A DNA stretch of 64,000 nucleotides from Verrucomicrobiota bacterium (GTDB lineage: Bacteria; Verrucomicrobiota; Verrucomicrobiia; Opitutales; Seribacteraceae): contig JAQBYT010000001.1 of assembly GCA_027622665.1 (NCBI GenBank), positions 128,001 to 192,000 of the forward strand, written 5' to 3'. The stretch's first letter is position 1. Each line of letters starts with the position of its first letter. A program made the translations under genes and the position numbers. Under the pieces are notes generated by a model. It saw only the letters and a program-made list of their open reading frames with translations. It had not been told where the DNA came from and made no database searches. Below, piece by piece: positions 40,514 through 51,218 of the stretch.

Positions 40514-42697
40514 ATGTCTGACGAACAATCATCTGATCAAGACAAACTCCGCCTGACAACACAGCAGAAGATTGGCATTCTTTGTTCCTTTGCCAAGGAC
40601 AAGGTAGTCGAGCAGATTCAGTGCGTCTGGTTCATCATTCTCTATCTAGTCGTCTTTCAGTTGCTGGTGCTAGGCTTGCCCATCGTGTATTCGTTGATGA
40701 TAGCAGTAGGGATAAGCATCGTCATCATCGGACTCGCCTTTTTCATGGAAGGACTCCGACTGGGTCTAATGCCCCTTGGGGAAACGCTGGGATCCACTCT
40801 GCCCAGAAAGAAGATATTTGGCATTCCATGCCTACCCGCGAGTCTGGCTTTCGGCTTTGTTCTCGGTGCATTTGCTACTTTTGCAGAACCCGCTATCGGC
40901 GTGCTGAGAGCGGCCGGTGCTGGCGTCGACCCAACCCTTGCACCTTTGTTGTGGACCATTCTCAATACTGGGGCCGGCAATTTAGTAAACTCCGTTGGAG
41001 CCGGCGTAGGAATTGCCGTTCTTCTCGGTGTGCTTCGTTTTTACAAAGGCTGGTCCCTTAAACCTTTCATTTATGTTGGTGTTATTGTTCTCTCAACATT
41101 TACGCTATATTTTCAGTTTTCAGATGCGCGACTTCAGCATGTACTAGGATTAGCCTGGGACTGCGGTGCTGTAACTACCGGGCCTGTTACCGTTCCACTC
41201 GTTCTCGCTCTTGGCATTGGCGTTTGCCGAATCGTTTCAACGGGTGGTTCCCGCAACACGGGCTTTGGCGTCGTCACACTTGCCTCCCTTTTTCCCATTT
41301 TTGCAGTTCTTTGCTATGCCACTTTCCTCTTCAATGGGGACAATTATTATTATGCCACTCAGTCCCAAGCTGATTGGCATAAGGAAGCTGGTGTTTATGG
41401 TAAAAATTATGATCCTGACCTCCAGAGGTTTGGTGACATCGTTGCCGAGAGAAGAATAGCAGCTTCAGGCGGTGCTTCTGAGAGTGACATGGCGGGCTCG
41501 CTTTCAAAAGAAGATCTCGCCATCGTTCAAGCAGAATTAAATGACACTGGCAAACTACCCCCGGGTTATTCTCTCCAGACAGATATTGCTGGTGCTGGTC
41601 TTAACGCTCAACCTATTGACAAGGATGACAATAATTCGCGCTCGATCGTTCAGCCGACCGGCACTAATTCAATAATCGTTAGAGATGGCGTTTCTACTCC
41701 CGATGAAGTTTGGGATCCCGGAACTGAAATAATGGGGGCCTTGACCAATAATTTTGATTTCTTTCCAAACACATTTAAGCCAGAAGAAGATACCAATGGT
41801 AACGGTATCTTAGATCCTGGCGAAGATATTTATAGATATTCAGACGGAGTTCTCACTTACAACAAACCAGGTGAAGTAAATCCCAACGCAGTATTAGATG
41901 GTCCCGATCGAGATCGAGGAGCCATCGAAGGTGCTCTTTGGGCAATTGTTCCACTTTGCACCATTCTGTTGCTCGTCCTTGTGGTTGGCCTCAGGCAACC
42001 GCCAAAGCACTACGACGAATTATTCATTGGAATCATCTGTGCGGTTATTGGAATGGGTCTCTTTAATCTAGGCATAGCTCTCGGTCTAACCCCATTGGGG
42101 GAGCAATTGGGTGGTAACGTGGTATCTAGTTTCGCCGCCATTGAGCCTTGGGCGGCGGAAGGCTTCGTTGATCCTATGTTCTCTTCATCCAACTTAGGGA
42201 AGGCTTTAGCTATACTCTTCGGTTTCATTCTGGGATACGGGGCCACCTTGGCAGAACCGGCTCTCAACGCACTTGGCTCCACCGTAGAAAAAATAACAGT
42301 CGGTGCTTTCAAGAAAAGCCTGCTCATGCAGACTGTTGCAACTGGAGTGGCCATCGGCATCTCCACGGGTGTGGCTAAGATCGCCTTCAATCTCGATCTC
42401 TGGTACTTACTCATTCCACCCTACATGATCGTGATGGTAATCACTTACTTTTCGAGCGAGGATTTCGTTAACTTCGGTTGGGACAGTGCAGGGGTTACCA
42501 CTGGCCCCATCACCGTTCCGCTTGTACTCGCCATGGGCTTGGGCATCGGTTCCAAGACTGGAGCAATAGATGGTTTCGGGGTACTTGCACTTGCATCGAT
42601 AGGGCCAATTATTACCGTACTTACCGTTGGACTTATAGTTGGAAGAAAACCTAAGACGGATGAAGATGAAACCCTAATCGCAACGGAGGCCGTTTAA
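40514..42697 (+). CDS. Fused double-DUF1538 membrane protein with a large soluble insertion
   Basis: Two homologous halves, each with GLMPLGE/GLTPLGE, AEP and D(C/S)(G/A)(A/G)VTTGP(V/I)TVPLVLA.G.G; ATG at 40514. Confidence 0.85.
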   Translation: MSDEQSSDQDKLRLTTQQKIGILCSFAKDKVVEQIQCVWFIILYLVVFQLLVLGLPIVYSLMIAVGISIVIIGLAFFMEGLRLGLMPLGETLGSTLPRKKIFGIPCLPASLAFGFVLGAFATFAEPAIGVLRAAGAGVDPTLAPLLWTILNTGAGNLVNSVGAGVGIAVLLGVLRFYKGWSLKPFIYVGVIVLSTFTLYFQFSDARLQHVLGLAWDCGAVTTGPVTVPLVLALGIGVCRIVSTGGSRNTGFGVVTLASLFPIFAVLCYATFLFNGDNYYYATQSQADWHKEAGVYGKNYDPDLQRFGDIVAERRIAASGGASESDMAGSLSKEDLAIVQAELNDTGKLPPGYSLQTDIAGAGLNAQPIDKDDNNSRSIVQPTGTNSIIVRDGVSTPDEVWDPGTEIMGALTNNFDFFPNTFKPEEDTNGNGILDPGEDIYRYSDGVLTYNKPGEVNPNAVLDGPDRDRGAIEGALWAIVPLCTILLLVLVVGLRQPPKHYDELFIGIICAVIGMGLFNLGIALGLTPLGEQLGGNVVSSFAAIEPWAAEGFVDPMFSSSNLGKALAILFGFILGYGATLAEPALNALGSTVEKITVGAFKKSLLMQTVATGVAIGISTGVAKIAFNLDLWYLLIPPYMIVMVITYFSSEDFVNFGWDSAGVTTGPITVPLVLAMGLGIGSKTGAIDGFGVLALASIGPIITVLTVGLIVGRKPKTDEDETLIATEAV

Positions 42698-42698
42698 C

Positions 42699-43829
42699 AT
42701 GAGTAACTACACGCAAAGCGATAACTTCTCCCTTCTCACACTCATTTTGCCCAAAGAGTCTGTCGTTACAGTCTCTAAGGCAATCTGCAAAGCAGGTGCA
42801 TCTGGCATCTTCGAGGTAACTGCCCGCGGGTCCGTGTTAAACGAAGGGGGGGTCCTCCAGCGGATGTTCCCGCCTCCTGCACCAGTACAACACCTTCTAC
42901 AGACACTTGTCCCCAACGACAAGGTTGATGCGGTTACAGATGCGGCCGTTCTGGCAGGTAACCTCAATCGAGTTGGGGCAGGAGCCGTATTTGTCATCGA
43001 CTGTAACGATACCCGCCATACTGAAAAGTTTCCTGCTCCTTCCCCGTCCGTTGATAATGCCAACGGTTCTTCAGGCACTTACACCGCGGATCTCGAAGCC
43101 ATTTGCTGCATTTGTGAAATAGGAATAGCCGACGACATCGCAAAAGCCGCTCTCCAAAATGGTGCCCCGGGACCAACTGTGACCTTTGGAGAAGGTGGTG
43201 GCGTGCGCGACAAAATTCCTCTTCTGCGAATCACCAAGGGTCCTGAAAAGGAATTCGTATGGTGTGTCGTGGACAAGAATGATGCTGACGAGATTTTCGC
43301 TGACATGGCTCGTGCCGGCCACATTTCCGAACCAGGTCGTGGATTCATGTACTCAATTCCAGTCAGCTCGGGTATCGTAAATGTTTCCAGTGTTGCGGCG
43401 ACATCAGCCCATGGCGCCAACATGGAGCAAGTCATCGCTGCCATCGACGAAATCAAAGGCGATAAGGATTGGCGTGCAACCACCGCAGAAGCCACCAAGA
43501 GTAAGGCTTTTAAGACTAATCCCCTAGTAAACTTAATAGGACTTTACTGCATTGTTCCACGGGACAATTACTCAGATGTCTATGACGCTATCCTTGAAGC
43601 AGGAGCGCCTGGCGTGAGCACAAACTTTGGAGTCATGAACGATGCCGATTCTGGGGATGCCGAGCAGGCACAAAACGAGGAATGGGCCTTGGTCTATACT
43701 TCACTTGGTTCTGCCAATGTTGATAAAGTACGAGACTCAGTGGCAAAGAAGATCGATGAAATTGGTCTTGATCGTGCGGCTTTTTACACCCTTCCCATAC
43801 CGAGAGCCCTCACTTACTTGGGGGGCTAA
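42699..43829 (+). CDS. Protein of three tandem PII-like (GlnB-fold) domains
   Basis: Three units of about 100 aa, each with ...A...AGA.G/NGAPG... and terminal GAGAVFVID / PGRGFMYSIPV / AAFYTLPI; 1 bp downstream of the DUF1538 gene. Confidence 0.75.
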   Translation: MSNYTQSDNFSLLTLILPKESVVTVSKAICKAGASGIFEVTARGSVLNEGGVLQRMFPPPAPVQHLLQTLVPNDKVDAVTDAAVLAGNLNRVGAGAVFVIDCNDTRHTEKFPAPSPSVDNANGSSGTYTADLEAICCICEIGIADDIAKAALQNGAPGPTVTFGEGGGVRDKIPLLRITKGPEKEFVWCVVDKNDADEIFADMARAGHISEPGRGFMYSIPVSSGIVNVSSVAATSAHGANMEQVIAAIDEIKGDKDWRATTAEATKSKAFKTNPLVNLIGLYCIVPRDNYSDVYDAILEAGAPGVSTNFGVMNDADSGDAEQAQNEEWALVYTSLGSANVDKVRDSVAKKIDEIGLDRAAFYTLPIPRALTYLGG

Positions 43830-44029
43830 GCCCGTAAATCAAACGGCAAGGCAAGTTAATCCATAATCCACTAGGTTAACATTAGAGTGAAAAGTTGAAT
43901 CTTCGACCAGTTCGCTGATTTGGAAGATGTTACTATTCAATCATTGGAATAGCTTCTTAAGACTTACGGAAAGTAGATTGAGGTACTGTTTTTTCCTAAG
44001 TAACAATCAAATTAAAAATTTGATTTGCC

Positions 44030-44332
44030 CTATTGGTCGGCGTCTGGATCTGTACACTTAGGTCCTTTAAGCGGCTCTTTTTGGCCGATAATCTGCGGAT
44101 GTTGGTCTGCTTGTTCGTTAAGTTCTATCCATTCCTGAAGTCCTTCCGGCACATCAATGTCGGGGTAAATAGCTTCCACAGGACATTCGTCCACGCATGC
44201 ATTGCAATCAATACAAGTCTCCGGATTGATGTATAGGCGATCTGGTAATTGGTGAAATGCATCAACGGGACAAACGGCTACGCAACTAGTGAAGACGCAA
44301 TCCACGCATTTTTCGGTAACTACATATGTCAT
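44030..44332 (-). CDS. fdxA: Ferredoxin (FdxA-like dicluster type)
   Basis: MTYVVTEKCVDCVFTSCVAVCPVDAF and CIDCNACVDECPVEAI. Confidence 0.92.
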   Translation of the reverse strand: MTYVVTEKCVDCVFTSCVAVCPVDAFHQLPDRLYINPETCIDCNACVDECPVEAIYPDIDVPEGLQEWIELNEQADQHPQIIGQKEPLKGPKCTDPDADQ

Positions 44333-44431
44333 ATTTAAAAATCTTTAGGTTAGAAAGACATTGGCAACTAGAAAGGCTTGAATACTTTCAAGCTTTATAT
44401 AGTTAAAAACTTTTACTCAAGCAGGGTACCG

Positions 44432-44782
44432 CTAGAAAAAACGAACAGGTTTACCTTCGGTTTTATCTAATGCCCTGGCGGCATGTTCCTCATCTGGACA
44501 AGGGGAGTTAGTTGGCGCCGAAGGGTCAATCCCATTAGCCGTAACTAGGTTGTTCCCCAATAAGTAGTTTTCGACTTCCTCGCCACTCACATCGGCCAAC
44601 ATAACCCCATCTAATTCAACACACGGAGACAATGGTTGTCCCGACTTTTCAACCATTTTGGCATAAATGTCCGGATTATTCACGATGTCGAGATCGTTGT
44701 ACTTGAGGTCATACTTGCCCATGATGGCTCGAACTCCCATACTCCATCCACATTGTGGCTTTAGATATGCATTAATTTTCAT
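44432..44782 (-). CDS. Monothiol glutaredoxin-like protein
   Basis: KPQCGWS active-site motif, SGQPLSPCV. Confidence 0.82.
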   Translation of the reverse strand: MKINAYLKPQCGWSMGVRAIMGKYDLKYNDLDIVNNPDIYAKMVEKSGQPLSPCVELDGVMLADVSGEEVENYLLGNNLVTANGIDPSAPTNSPCPDEEHAARALDKTEGKPVRFF

Positions 44783-44842
44783 AGCTATAATAGTATTTCT
44801 AATTTCTTGCGGAAGTCCTTACATAATAGCATTTATCGAGAA

Positions 44843-45721
44843 ATGGCAAATATAAGAATAAGTTTTTTCGGCACCCGATATGTTTCTTATGTCACTAGGG
44901 ACCTAAAGCTTAATTGGTGGCTTTGTTTTAATGCATTAGCTGTGGACACTGTTTTGATCGCTATTGTCTGGCAGTCTCTGGCGGCTAAAGTTTTTGATAT
45001 AGAACTAGAACATTGTCATAGATTACTATTAGGGGCTGCAGTCTGGCTAGGATATGTGGCTGATCGCGTATTAGACGGTTTTCAAATTACAGATCGCGTT
45101 TGCTCGGCACGACATTCCATAGCTTGTCGCTATCGTGTATTCCTATTCTTTGCATGGATTGCCGTCTTGTTTCTCGCTGTTTGTTTTGCCTTTCAGGTTT
45201 TGCCTTTCAGAGAGTTGTACAAGTGCTTTTTATTGGCAATTTGCTGCGGACTGAACGCACTCGTCAATGTATTTGATAAATTCGGGAAATTCCCTATCCC
45301 AAAGGAGTTACGCACCGCGTTACTTTTTGCGAGCGGAGTGTTTATTTTTGTGGCTTTGGGGTTCCCTACGATTACGATATGGTCATGGATTACATTTCTG
45401 TCATTCGCTACATTATGTTTTGCCAACTGTTTCTACGCAGCAATCTGGGACCGCACCGTGGACATGAGCCAAGGTCAAAGCTCTCTAATTTTAAGAAGGA
45501 ATCTTCCATTGGGTCCTCTTCGTTTAATATCGTTATTAATGGCTTTCGGTTGCATTCTTTTGAGCGTCCTTCTCTCAGGAAATCTAAACCTTTTCTTTCT
45601 AGCTATAGGTTCAGCGGTGCTGTCCCTACCTTTAATCGACATCTTGATAAACGGAACGGAAAACAAGAGAATACTTGCCGACCTCGGATTGCTCCTTTCG
45701 GCGGGGTGCGTCCTTCTATGA
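44843..45721 (+). CDS. Hypothetical multi-pass membrane protein (distant UbiA-like)
   Basis: About 8 hydrophobic segments, WLGYVADRVLDG and WDRTVD Asp motifs; start uncertain. Confidence 0.65.
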   Translation: MANIRISFFGTRYVSYVTRDLKLNWWLCFNALAVDTVLIAIVWQSLAAKVFDIELEHCHRLLLGAAVWLGYVADRVLDGFQITDRVCSARHSIACRYRVFLFFAWIAVLFLAVCFAFQVLPFRELYKCFLLAICCGLNALVNVFDKFGKFPIPKELRTALLFASGVFIFVALGFPTITIWSWITFLSFATLCFANCFYAAIWDRTVDMSQGQSSLILRRNLPLGPLRLISLLMAFGCILLSVLLSGNLNLFFLAIGSAVLSLPLIDILINGTENKRILADLGLLLSAGCVLL

Positions 45722-46377
45722 ATAATAAGGCAAGGCCTGTTTCATTTTGTCGGATTGCTCGAGTATACAACCTCCTTGAAAAACTCGTATTTAAAGATGC
45801 TCTAGAGAAAACTAGGATTGCTTGCTTAGACTCGATTTCCGAGGCCAAGAGGATCCTTTTGCTCGGTGAAGGCGATGGTCGTTTTTTGGCAAAACTCACA
45901 TCAATTAACCCTGATTGCCTAGTAACCGTATTGGACGCTAGCCCGATTATGTTGGCTTTGGCCAAGACCAGAGTTCCCACTACGTTTCAAGGAGAGATTC
46001 ACTTTTGTAAAGAAGATGTGACAAAATTCCCGTTCCCCTTCGAAGCGTTTGACGCAGTGGTCTCGCATTTCTTTTTAGATTGTTTTACTGAGGAAACGTT
46101 ATCCGACTTGTTAGAGAAATTAAGTTCAACTTTGCGTCCTAGCGGGAAATGGCTAATCGCGGACTTCGTTGAACCTTCTCCGAATACTCTTCACTCTCTC
46201 CCTCCATTTCTTTGCCTAAGAATTCTTTATGCCTTTTTCGGATTAACATGCGGCATTGAGGCTCGCAGAGTAGTTTCTCCTCACAAAATATTAAGGACTC
46301 ACGGATTACGCGAGTCCCGCTGCATTAGTTTTTCCAACGGCTTCCTTGCGAGCTTGGTTTTTATCAAACAAGCTTGA
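45718..46377 (+). CDS. Class I SAM-dependent methyltransferase
   Basis: ILLLGEGDGRFL, LDASPIML, FDAVVSHFFLDCF and LRPSGKWLIADF. ATG 45718 overlaps the upstream stop; the track's longer start at 45379 is unlikely. Confidence 0.85.
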   Translation: MNNKARPVSFCRIARVYNLLEKLVFKDALEKTRIACLDSISEAKRILLLGEGDGRFLAKLTSINPDCLVTVLDASPIMLALAKTRVPTTFQGEIHFCKEDVTKFPFPFEAFDAVVSHFFLDCFTEETLSDLLEKLSSTLRPSGKWLIADFVEPSPNTLHSLPPFLCLRILYAFFGLTCGIEARRVVSPHKILRTHGLRESRCISFSNGFLASLVFIKQA

Positions 46378-46552
46378 TTTCTCCTGCCACCGACAGTTTC
46401 TTCAGAGGTGTGACATGCTTGAAATTACCTTGACCCAATGAGGGCTAAGCCCACTATCTTGTGAGCCATTTGCTTAGCGGGAAGCAAGCCTGTAAACCGA
46501 CAGCTTTCTCCTCCAACAATTACTCCATTTTTTTCTTCCTCAACTATCTTGA

Positions 46553-49500
46553 ATGATTTCCAAAACTAAAAGTTTCAAAGCACCGACAGCCCAAGGGCTT
46601 TACGACCCAAAGTACGAACGGGAAAACTGCGGCATCGGACTCATCGTTGATATGAGAGGCCGCCGTTCTCACGATATTGTTAGTGGTGCCCTTGAGATTT
46701 GTCGCAATCTCGACCACCGAGGTGGTTGCGGTTGCGATCCGATTACAGGAGACGGAGCCGGCATATTCATTCAACTCCCTCACAAATTCTTCTTGAGCAA
46801 TTGCAATCAAGACATTGGTTTTGAAATTCCTGATGAAGGTGACTACGGGGTGGGCTTTGCTTATTTGTCCAAGGATCAAACTTGTCGCCATACCCAAATG
46901 GAGACTGTCGAGCAAATCTCTGATGATTTGGGCATGGAGATGCTTGGATGGCGCGAGGTGCCAGTAAATAGTGATGTTCTCGGCAAGGCGTCCTTTGATT
47001 GCGAACCTTACATGAGTCAATTTTTTGTAAGGCGCAGTAAAGAGACTGAGCGCGGTCTCGCCTTTGAGCGCAAACTTTACATTTTGCGACGAGTCGCAAG
47101 TCATCGTCTTCGTTATTTTCGGGATGATCTTTCAGAAATGTTTTACATAGCGTCTTTATCTTCTCGGACCATAACCTACAAGGGAATGCTTACGACGGGA
47201 CAACTGGATCAGTACTTCCCCGACTTGCGTCATCCCGACATGGAATCCGCTCTTGCCCTGACGCATTCCCGATTTTCTACGAATACTTTCCCAAATTGGT
47301 TGCGTGCCCAACCCTTCCGTTACCTTTGTCACAATGGTGAAATCAATACTGTTCGCGGGAATGAAAACTGGCTTCACGCACGACAGATGCAGTTTGCCGC
47401 AGACGCATTTGGCGAAGACCTGTCCAAGCTCCTGCCCGTAATCCGTGAAGACGGTTCGGATTCACAAAAATTCGATAATTGCTTGGAATTTCTCATCCTC
47501 TCGGGGCGCAGTTTGGCGCACGCCATGATGATGATGATCCCTGAACCCTGGGAACGTCACCAAGACATGCCTGAGTTCAAGCGGGAATTCTACGAATTCC
47601 ACTCCTGCCTCATGGAACCTTGGGATGGACCTGCATCCATTGCCTTCTCCGATGGAGTCCAAATAGGGGCGGTCCTAGACCGCAATGGCTTACGCCCTTC
47701 ACGTTATTACGTCACGGCTGATGATAAAGTAATTCTTTCCTCTGAAGTTGGTGTCTTGGCTTCCGTGCAACAAAAGGACATCGTAAAGAAAGGTCGTCTC
47801 GAACCAGGTCGCATGTTTCTTATCGACATGGAAGCTGGACGCATCATCGAAGATTCTGAAATCAAGGAAGAAGTGGCAAAATTTGCTCCCTATGGGAAAT
47901 GGCTTAAAGAAAATCTTATTGATTCAAAGGATTTGCCGATTCCAACAATTGATAAGCACGATGATTTCACTACCTTGCTTACCCGTCAAAAGGCCTTTGG
48001 ATATACTTTTGAAGATATGCGGTTCCTAATCGGTCCGAGTGCCGAGTCGGGGAAGCAACCGCTTGGTTCGATGGGGAACGATACTCCGCTAGCCGTACTT
48101 TCCGACAAGTCGCAAAATCTCTACAACTACTTCAAGCAACTTTTTGCTCAGGTTACGAATCCTCCCTTAGACCCGATCCGAGAAGAGCTGGTAACGGGAA
48201 CTATAAGTTTTGTCGGTTCGGAAGGTGATCTCACGCTCCCTAACCAAGATAGTTGTCGAATGATCAAATTCGATACGCCTCTAGTTAATGACGTCGTTGT
48301 TGAACAATTGCGCGAAATTGATGTCAGTGGGTTTGGTACCGCCACTATTCCAATCACCTTCCAACCTGAATTTCAGAGTGAAGGTTCAGATTTGGAAAAA
48401 GCTTTAGAGCAAGTATTCGCAGCCAGTGATTCCGCCATCAATCAAGGGGCGAACCTCTTAATTTTGTCCGATCGTGAAATCGGGCCGAAAAAAGCTGCCA
48501 TCCCCTCATTGTTGGCTGTTTCCGGTCTTCACCAGCACCTGATCGAGAATGGGAAACGGACAAAAGTTTCAATTATTCTGGAATCAGGCGAACCCCGTGA
48601 AGTTCATCATTTTGCCCTGTTGCTCGGCTATGGCGTAGACCTAATTAATCCCTATCTAGCCCTCGAGACAGTACGCCACCTTATTTCAGAGGGTGATATC
48701 GATCTCGACCCGGAAAAAGCCGTATCAAATTTCCTTAAGGCAAACACCAATGGCGTCGTAAAGACCATGTCTAAAATGGGTATATCGACCGTAGCCTCTT
48801 ATCGAGGCGCACAGATCTTCGAAGCTATCGGTCTGAACAAAGAAATCGTCGACAAATACTTCACGAACACCGCATCTCGGGTTGAAGGCATTGGGATGGA
48901 TCTAATTGCCGAGGATGCCCGTGCGTTTCATGCAAACGCCTTTGCGCCGCGTCCGGATGAAAAGTCCGCACCACTTGATCCCGGCGGCATCTACCAGTGG
49001 CGGGCGAACGCCGAGCGTCACCTGTTCAACCCTGTTACGATACACAAGCTTCAGCAAGCTACACGACTTGGCGACTTTGCCGTTTTCAAAGAATATTCCA
49101 ATGCCATCAACGACCAGTCCAGAGAGACATTTACGTTGCGTGGGTTGATGGAATTTAAGTTCGAGGAGTCCAAGGCCATACCAATAGATGAGGTTGAGCC
49201 GGCTAGCGAAATCGTGAAGAGATTCAAGACAGGGGCAATGTCTTATGGTTCAATATCAAAGGAAGCACACGAAACTTTAGCCGTAGCCATGAACCGACTG
49301 GGGGGGAAGTCCAACACTGGAGAGGGCGGCGAAGACAAGGATCGCTTCCTTGCCGACGAGAATGGCGATAGTCGTCGTTCGGCAATCAAACAGGTGGCGA
49401 GCGGTCGCTTTGGAGTTACTAGTTTCTACCTTGTCAACTCGGACGAGATTCAAATTAAAATTGTACAAGGTGCAAAACCCGGAGAAGGCGGAGAACTGCC

Positions 49501-51172
49501 TGGTCACAAGGTTTTGCCGCCTATTGCCAAGACTCGAGGCACCACCCCGGGCGTTGGACTGATATCCCCACCTCCCCACCATGACATTTATTCCATTGAG
49601 GATTTAGCCGAACTCATCCACGATCTGAAGAATTCCAACCACAAAGCCCGAATCAATGTGAAATTGGTCTCTGCCGCAGGGGTGGGAACTATAGCGGCGG
49701 GCGTAGTCAAGGCCAAAGCAGACGTCATCCTTGTTTCAGGATACGATGGCGGGACGGGAGCTTCCCCACGCTCATCCATTCAACACGCCGGAGCACCATG
49801 GGAACTGGGACTTGCAGAAACGAACCAGACGTTGCTTCTCAATGATCTTCGCAGTCGAGTTGTGATAGAAACCGATGGTCAGCTAAAAACCGGACGCGAT
49901 GTTGCCGTCGCATGCCTACTTGGAGCGGAAGAATTTGGTTTTGCAACCGCTCCTCTTGTCACCTTGGGCTGCTTAATGATGAGGGCTTGCCATAAGAATA
50001 CTTGCCCCGTCGGCATAGCCACTCAGAATCCGTTGCTACGGGAAAAGTTTCGCGGCGGAGCCGAGGCGGTTGTCCACTTCATGAACTTTGTCGCTGAGGA
50101 AATGCGTGAACTTATGGCCAAGCTCGGTATGCGTTCGATAAACGAGATGGTCGGCCAAGTCGATAAATTACAGATGCGCAAGATACCGGCTTCCGCAAAG
50201 CACAAAGGCCTTGATTACTCAAAAATACTGTACAAACCGGAGGTCGGTCCCGAAGTCGGCACTTACAGCCAAATCAAGCAGGACCATCAGCTGGAGATGG
50301 CACTCGACAATCGAGAGATTCTCCGACGTTCAAGCCCTGCATTGGAAAGTGGAACTCCAGTTGAAATCGATCTACCCGTCCTGAATACAGATCGCGTTGT
50401 CGGAACCCTTACCGGTGCGGAAGTTTCTCGCCGTTATGGCGACGACGGCTTGCCCGATGACACCATAAAAATCAATCTTACAGGATCAGCGGGCCAAAGC
50501 CTTGCCGCCTTTTGTCCAAATGGTATGACATTTACCGTTTCGGGCGACACTAACGATTACTGTGGCAAGGGACTCTCGGGGGCCAAAGTGATCGTCAGAC
50601 CCACGGCAGACTCTACATTCATCGCGAATGAAAATATCATTATCGGGAATGTTTGCTTTTATGGAGCCACTGGCGGCGAAGCGTACATTTCCGGAGTGGC
50701 CGGCGAAAGATTCTGTGTCCGTAACTCTGGTGTGGATGCAGTCGTTGAAGGTATTGGTGACCACGGTTGTGAATACATGACCGGTGGTCGAGTAATCTGT
50801 CTCGGCCGGACTGGTCGCAACTTTGGCGCAGGGATGTCCGGCGGGGTTGCATACATTCTCGATACGGAAGGTGATTTCGTAACTAAGCGGCTGAACCATG
50901 AAATGGTGAAAGTTTATCCGCTGATGGAATGCGAGGATGATGAAATCGCTGCCGTCCGGGCCCGCATCGAAAGTCATGTCGACTACACTGCTTCCGTACA
51001 CGGCCAAGCAATCCTCTCCGATTGGAATGCCTTCCTCGACAAATTCATCAAGGTCTTGCCGGAAGACTTTGAACGTGTCCTTAACGCCATGAAGCGGGCA
51101 GAGGACCGCGGACTCGAAGGCGACGAAGCCGTGCAAGCCGCGTTCGAGGAAAATGTCGCCGCCGGGCACTAA
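46553..51172 (+). CDS. gltB: Glutamate synthase large subunit
   Basis: ENCGIG Ntn-amidotransferase Cys, [44 protein letters not shown] and [15 protein letters not shown]. Confidence 0.99.
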   Translation: MISKTKSFKAPTAQGLYDPKYERENCGIGLIVDMRGRRSHDIVSGALEICRNLDHRGGCGCDPITGDGAGIFIQLPHKFFLSNCNQDIGFEIPDEGDYGVGFAYLSKDQTCRHTQMETVEQISDDLGMEMLGWREVPVNSDVLGKASFDCEPYMSQFFVRRSKETERGLAFERKLYILRRVASHRLRYFRDDLSEMFYIASLSSRTITYKGMLTTGQLDQYFPDLRHPDMESALALTHSRFSTNTFPNWLRAQPFRYLCHNGEINTVRGNENWLHARQMQFAADAFGEDLSKLLPVIREDGSDSQKFDNCLEFLILSGRSLAHAMMMMIPEPWERHQDMPEFKREFYEFHSCLMEPWDGPASIAFSDGVQIGAVLDRNGLRPSRYYVTADDKVILSSEVGVLASVQQKDIVKKGRLEPGRMFLIDMEAGRIIEDSEIKEEVAKFAPYGKWLKENLIDSKDLPIPTIDKHDDFTTLLTRQKAFGYTFEDMRFLIGPSAESGKQPLGSMGNDTPLAVLSDKSQNLYNYFKQLFAQVTNPPLDPIREELVTGTISFVGSEGDLTLPNQDSCRMIKFDTPLVNDVVVEQLREIDVSGFGTATIPITFQPEFQSEGSDLEKALEQVFAASDSAINQGANLLILSDREIGPKKAAIPSLLAVSGLHQHLIENGKRTKVSIILESGEPREVHHFALLLGYGVDLINPYLALETVRHLISEGDIDLDPEKAVSNFLKANTNGVVKTMSKMGISTVASYRGAQIFEAIGLNKEIVDKYFTNTASRVEGIGMDLIAEDARAFHANAFAPRPDEKSAPLDPGGIYQWRANAERHLFNPVTIHKLQQATRLGDFAVFKEYSNAINDQSRETFTLRGLMEFKFEESKAIPIDEVEPASEIVKRFKTGAMSYGSISKEAHETLAVAMNRLGGKSNTGEGGEDKDRFLADENGDSRRSAIKQVASGRFGVTSFYLVNSDEIQIKIVQGAKPGEGGELPGHKVLPPIAKTRGTTPGVGLISPPPHHDIYSIEDLAELIHDLKNSNHKARINVKLVSAAGVGTIAAGVVKAKADVILVSGYDGGTGASPRSSIQHAGAPWELGLAETNQTLLLNDLRSRVVIETDGQLKTGRDVAVACLLGAEEFGFATAPLVTLGCLMMRACHKNTCPVGIATQNPLLREKFRGGAEAVVHFMNFVAEEMRELMAKLGMRSINEMVGQVDKLQMRKIPASAKHKGLDYSKILYKPEVGPEVGTYSQIKQDHQLEMALDNREILRRSSPALESGTPVEIDLPVLNTDRVVGTLTGAEVSRRYGDDGLPDDTIKINLTGSAGQSLAAFCPNGMTFTVSGDTNDYCGKGLSGAKVIVRPTADSTFIANENIIIGNVCFYGATGGEAYISGVAGERFCVRNSGVDAVVEGIGDHGCEYMTGGRVICLGRTGRNFGAGMSGGVAYILDTEGDFVTKRLNHEMVKVYPLMECEDDEIAAVRARIESHVDYTASVHGQAILSDWNAFLDKFIKVLPEDFERVLNAMKRAEDRGLEGDEAVQAAFEENVAAGH

Positions 51173-51218
51173 TTCTGAGCCTCGAACTCCGTTCATTCAA
51201 CTTTAGTTTTTTCATGTT

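Noticed and set aside
44005..44025. AATCAAATT-AAA-AATTTGATT inverted repeat between the convergent PII-like and ferredoxin genes
   Set aside because: The stem is almost all A/T and too weak to call a terminator with confidence.
6669..46552. Possible oriC within the window, suggested by the parS-like sites and gene orientation
   Set aside because: I saw no cluster of TTATCCACA-type DnaA boxes in the intergenic regions I read, and dnaA is absent. GC skew would have to be computed.
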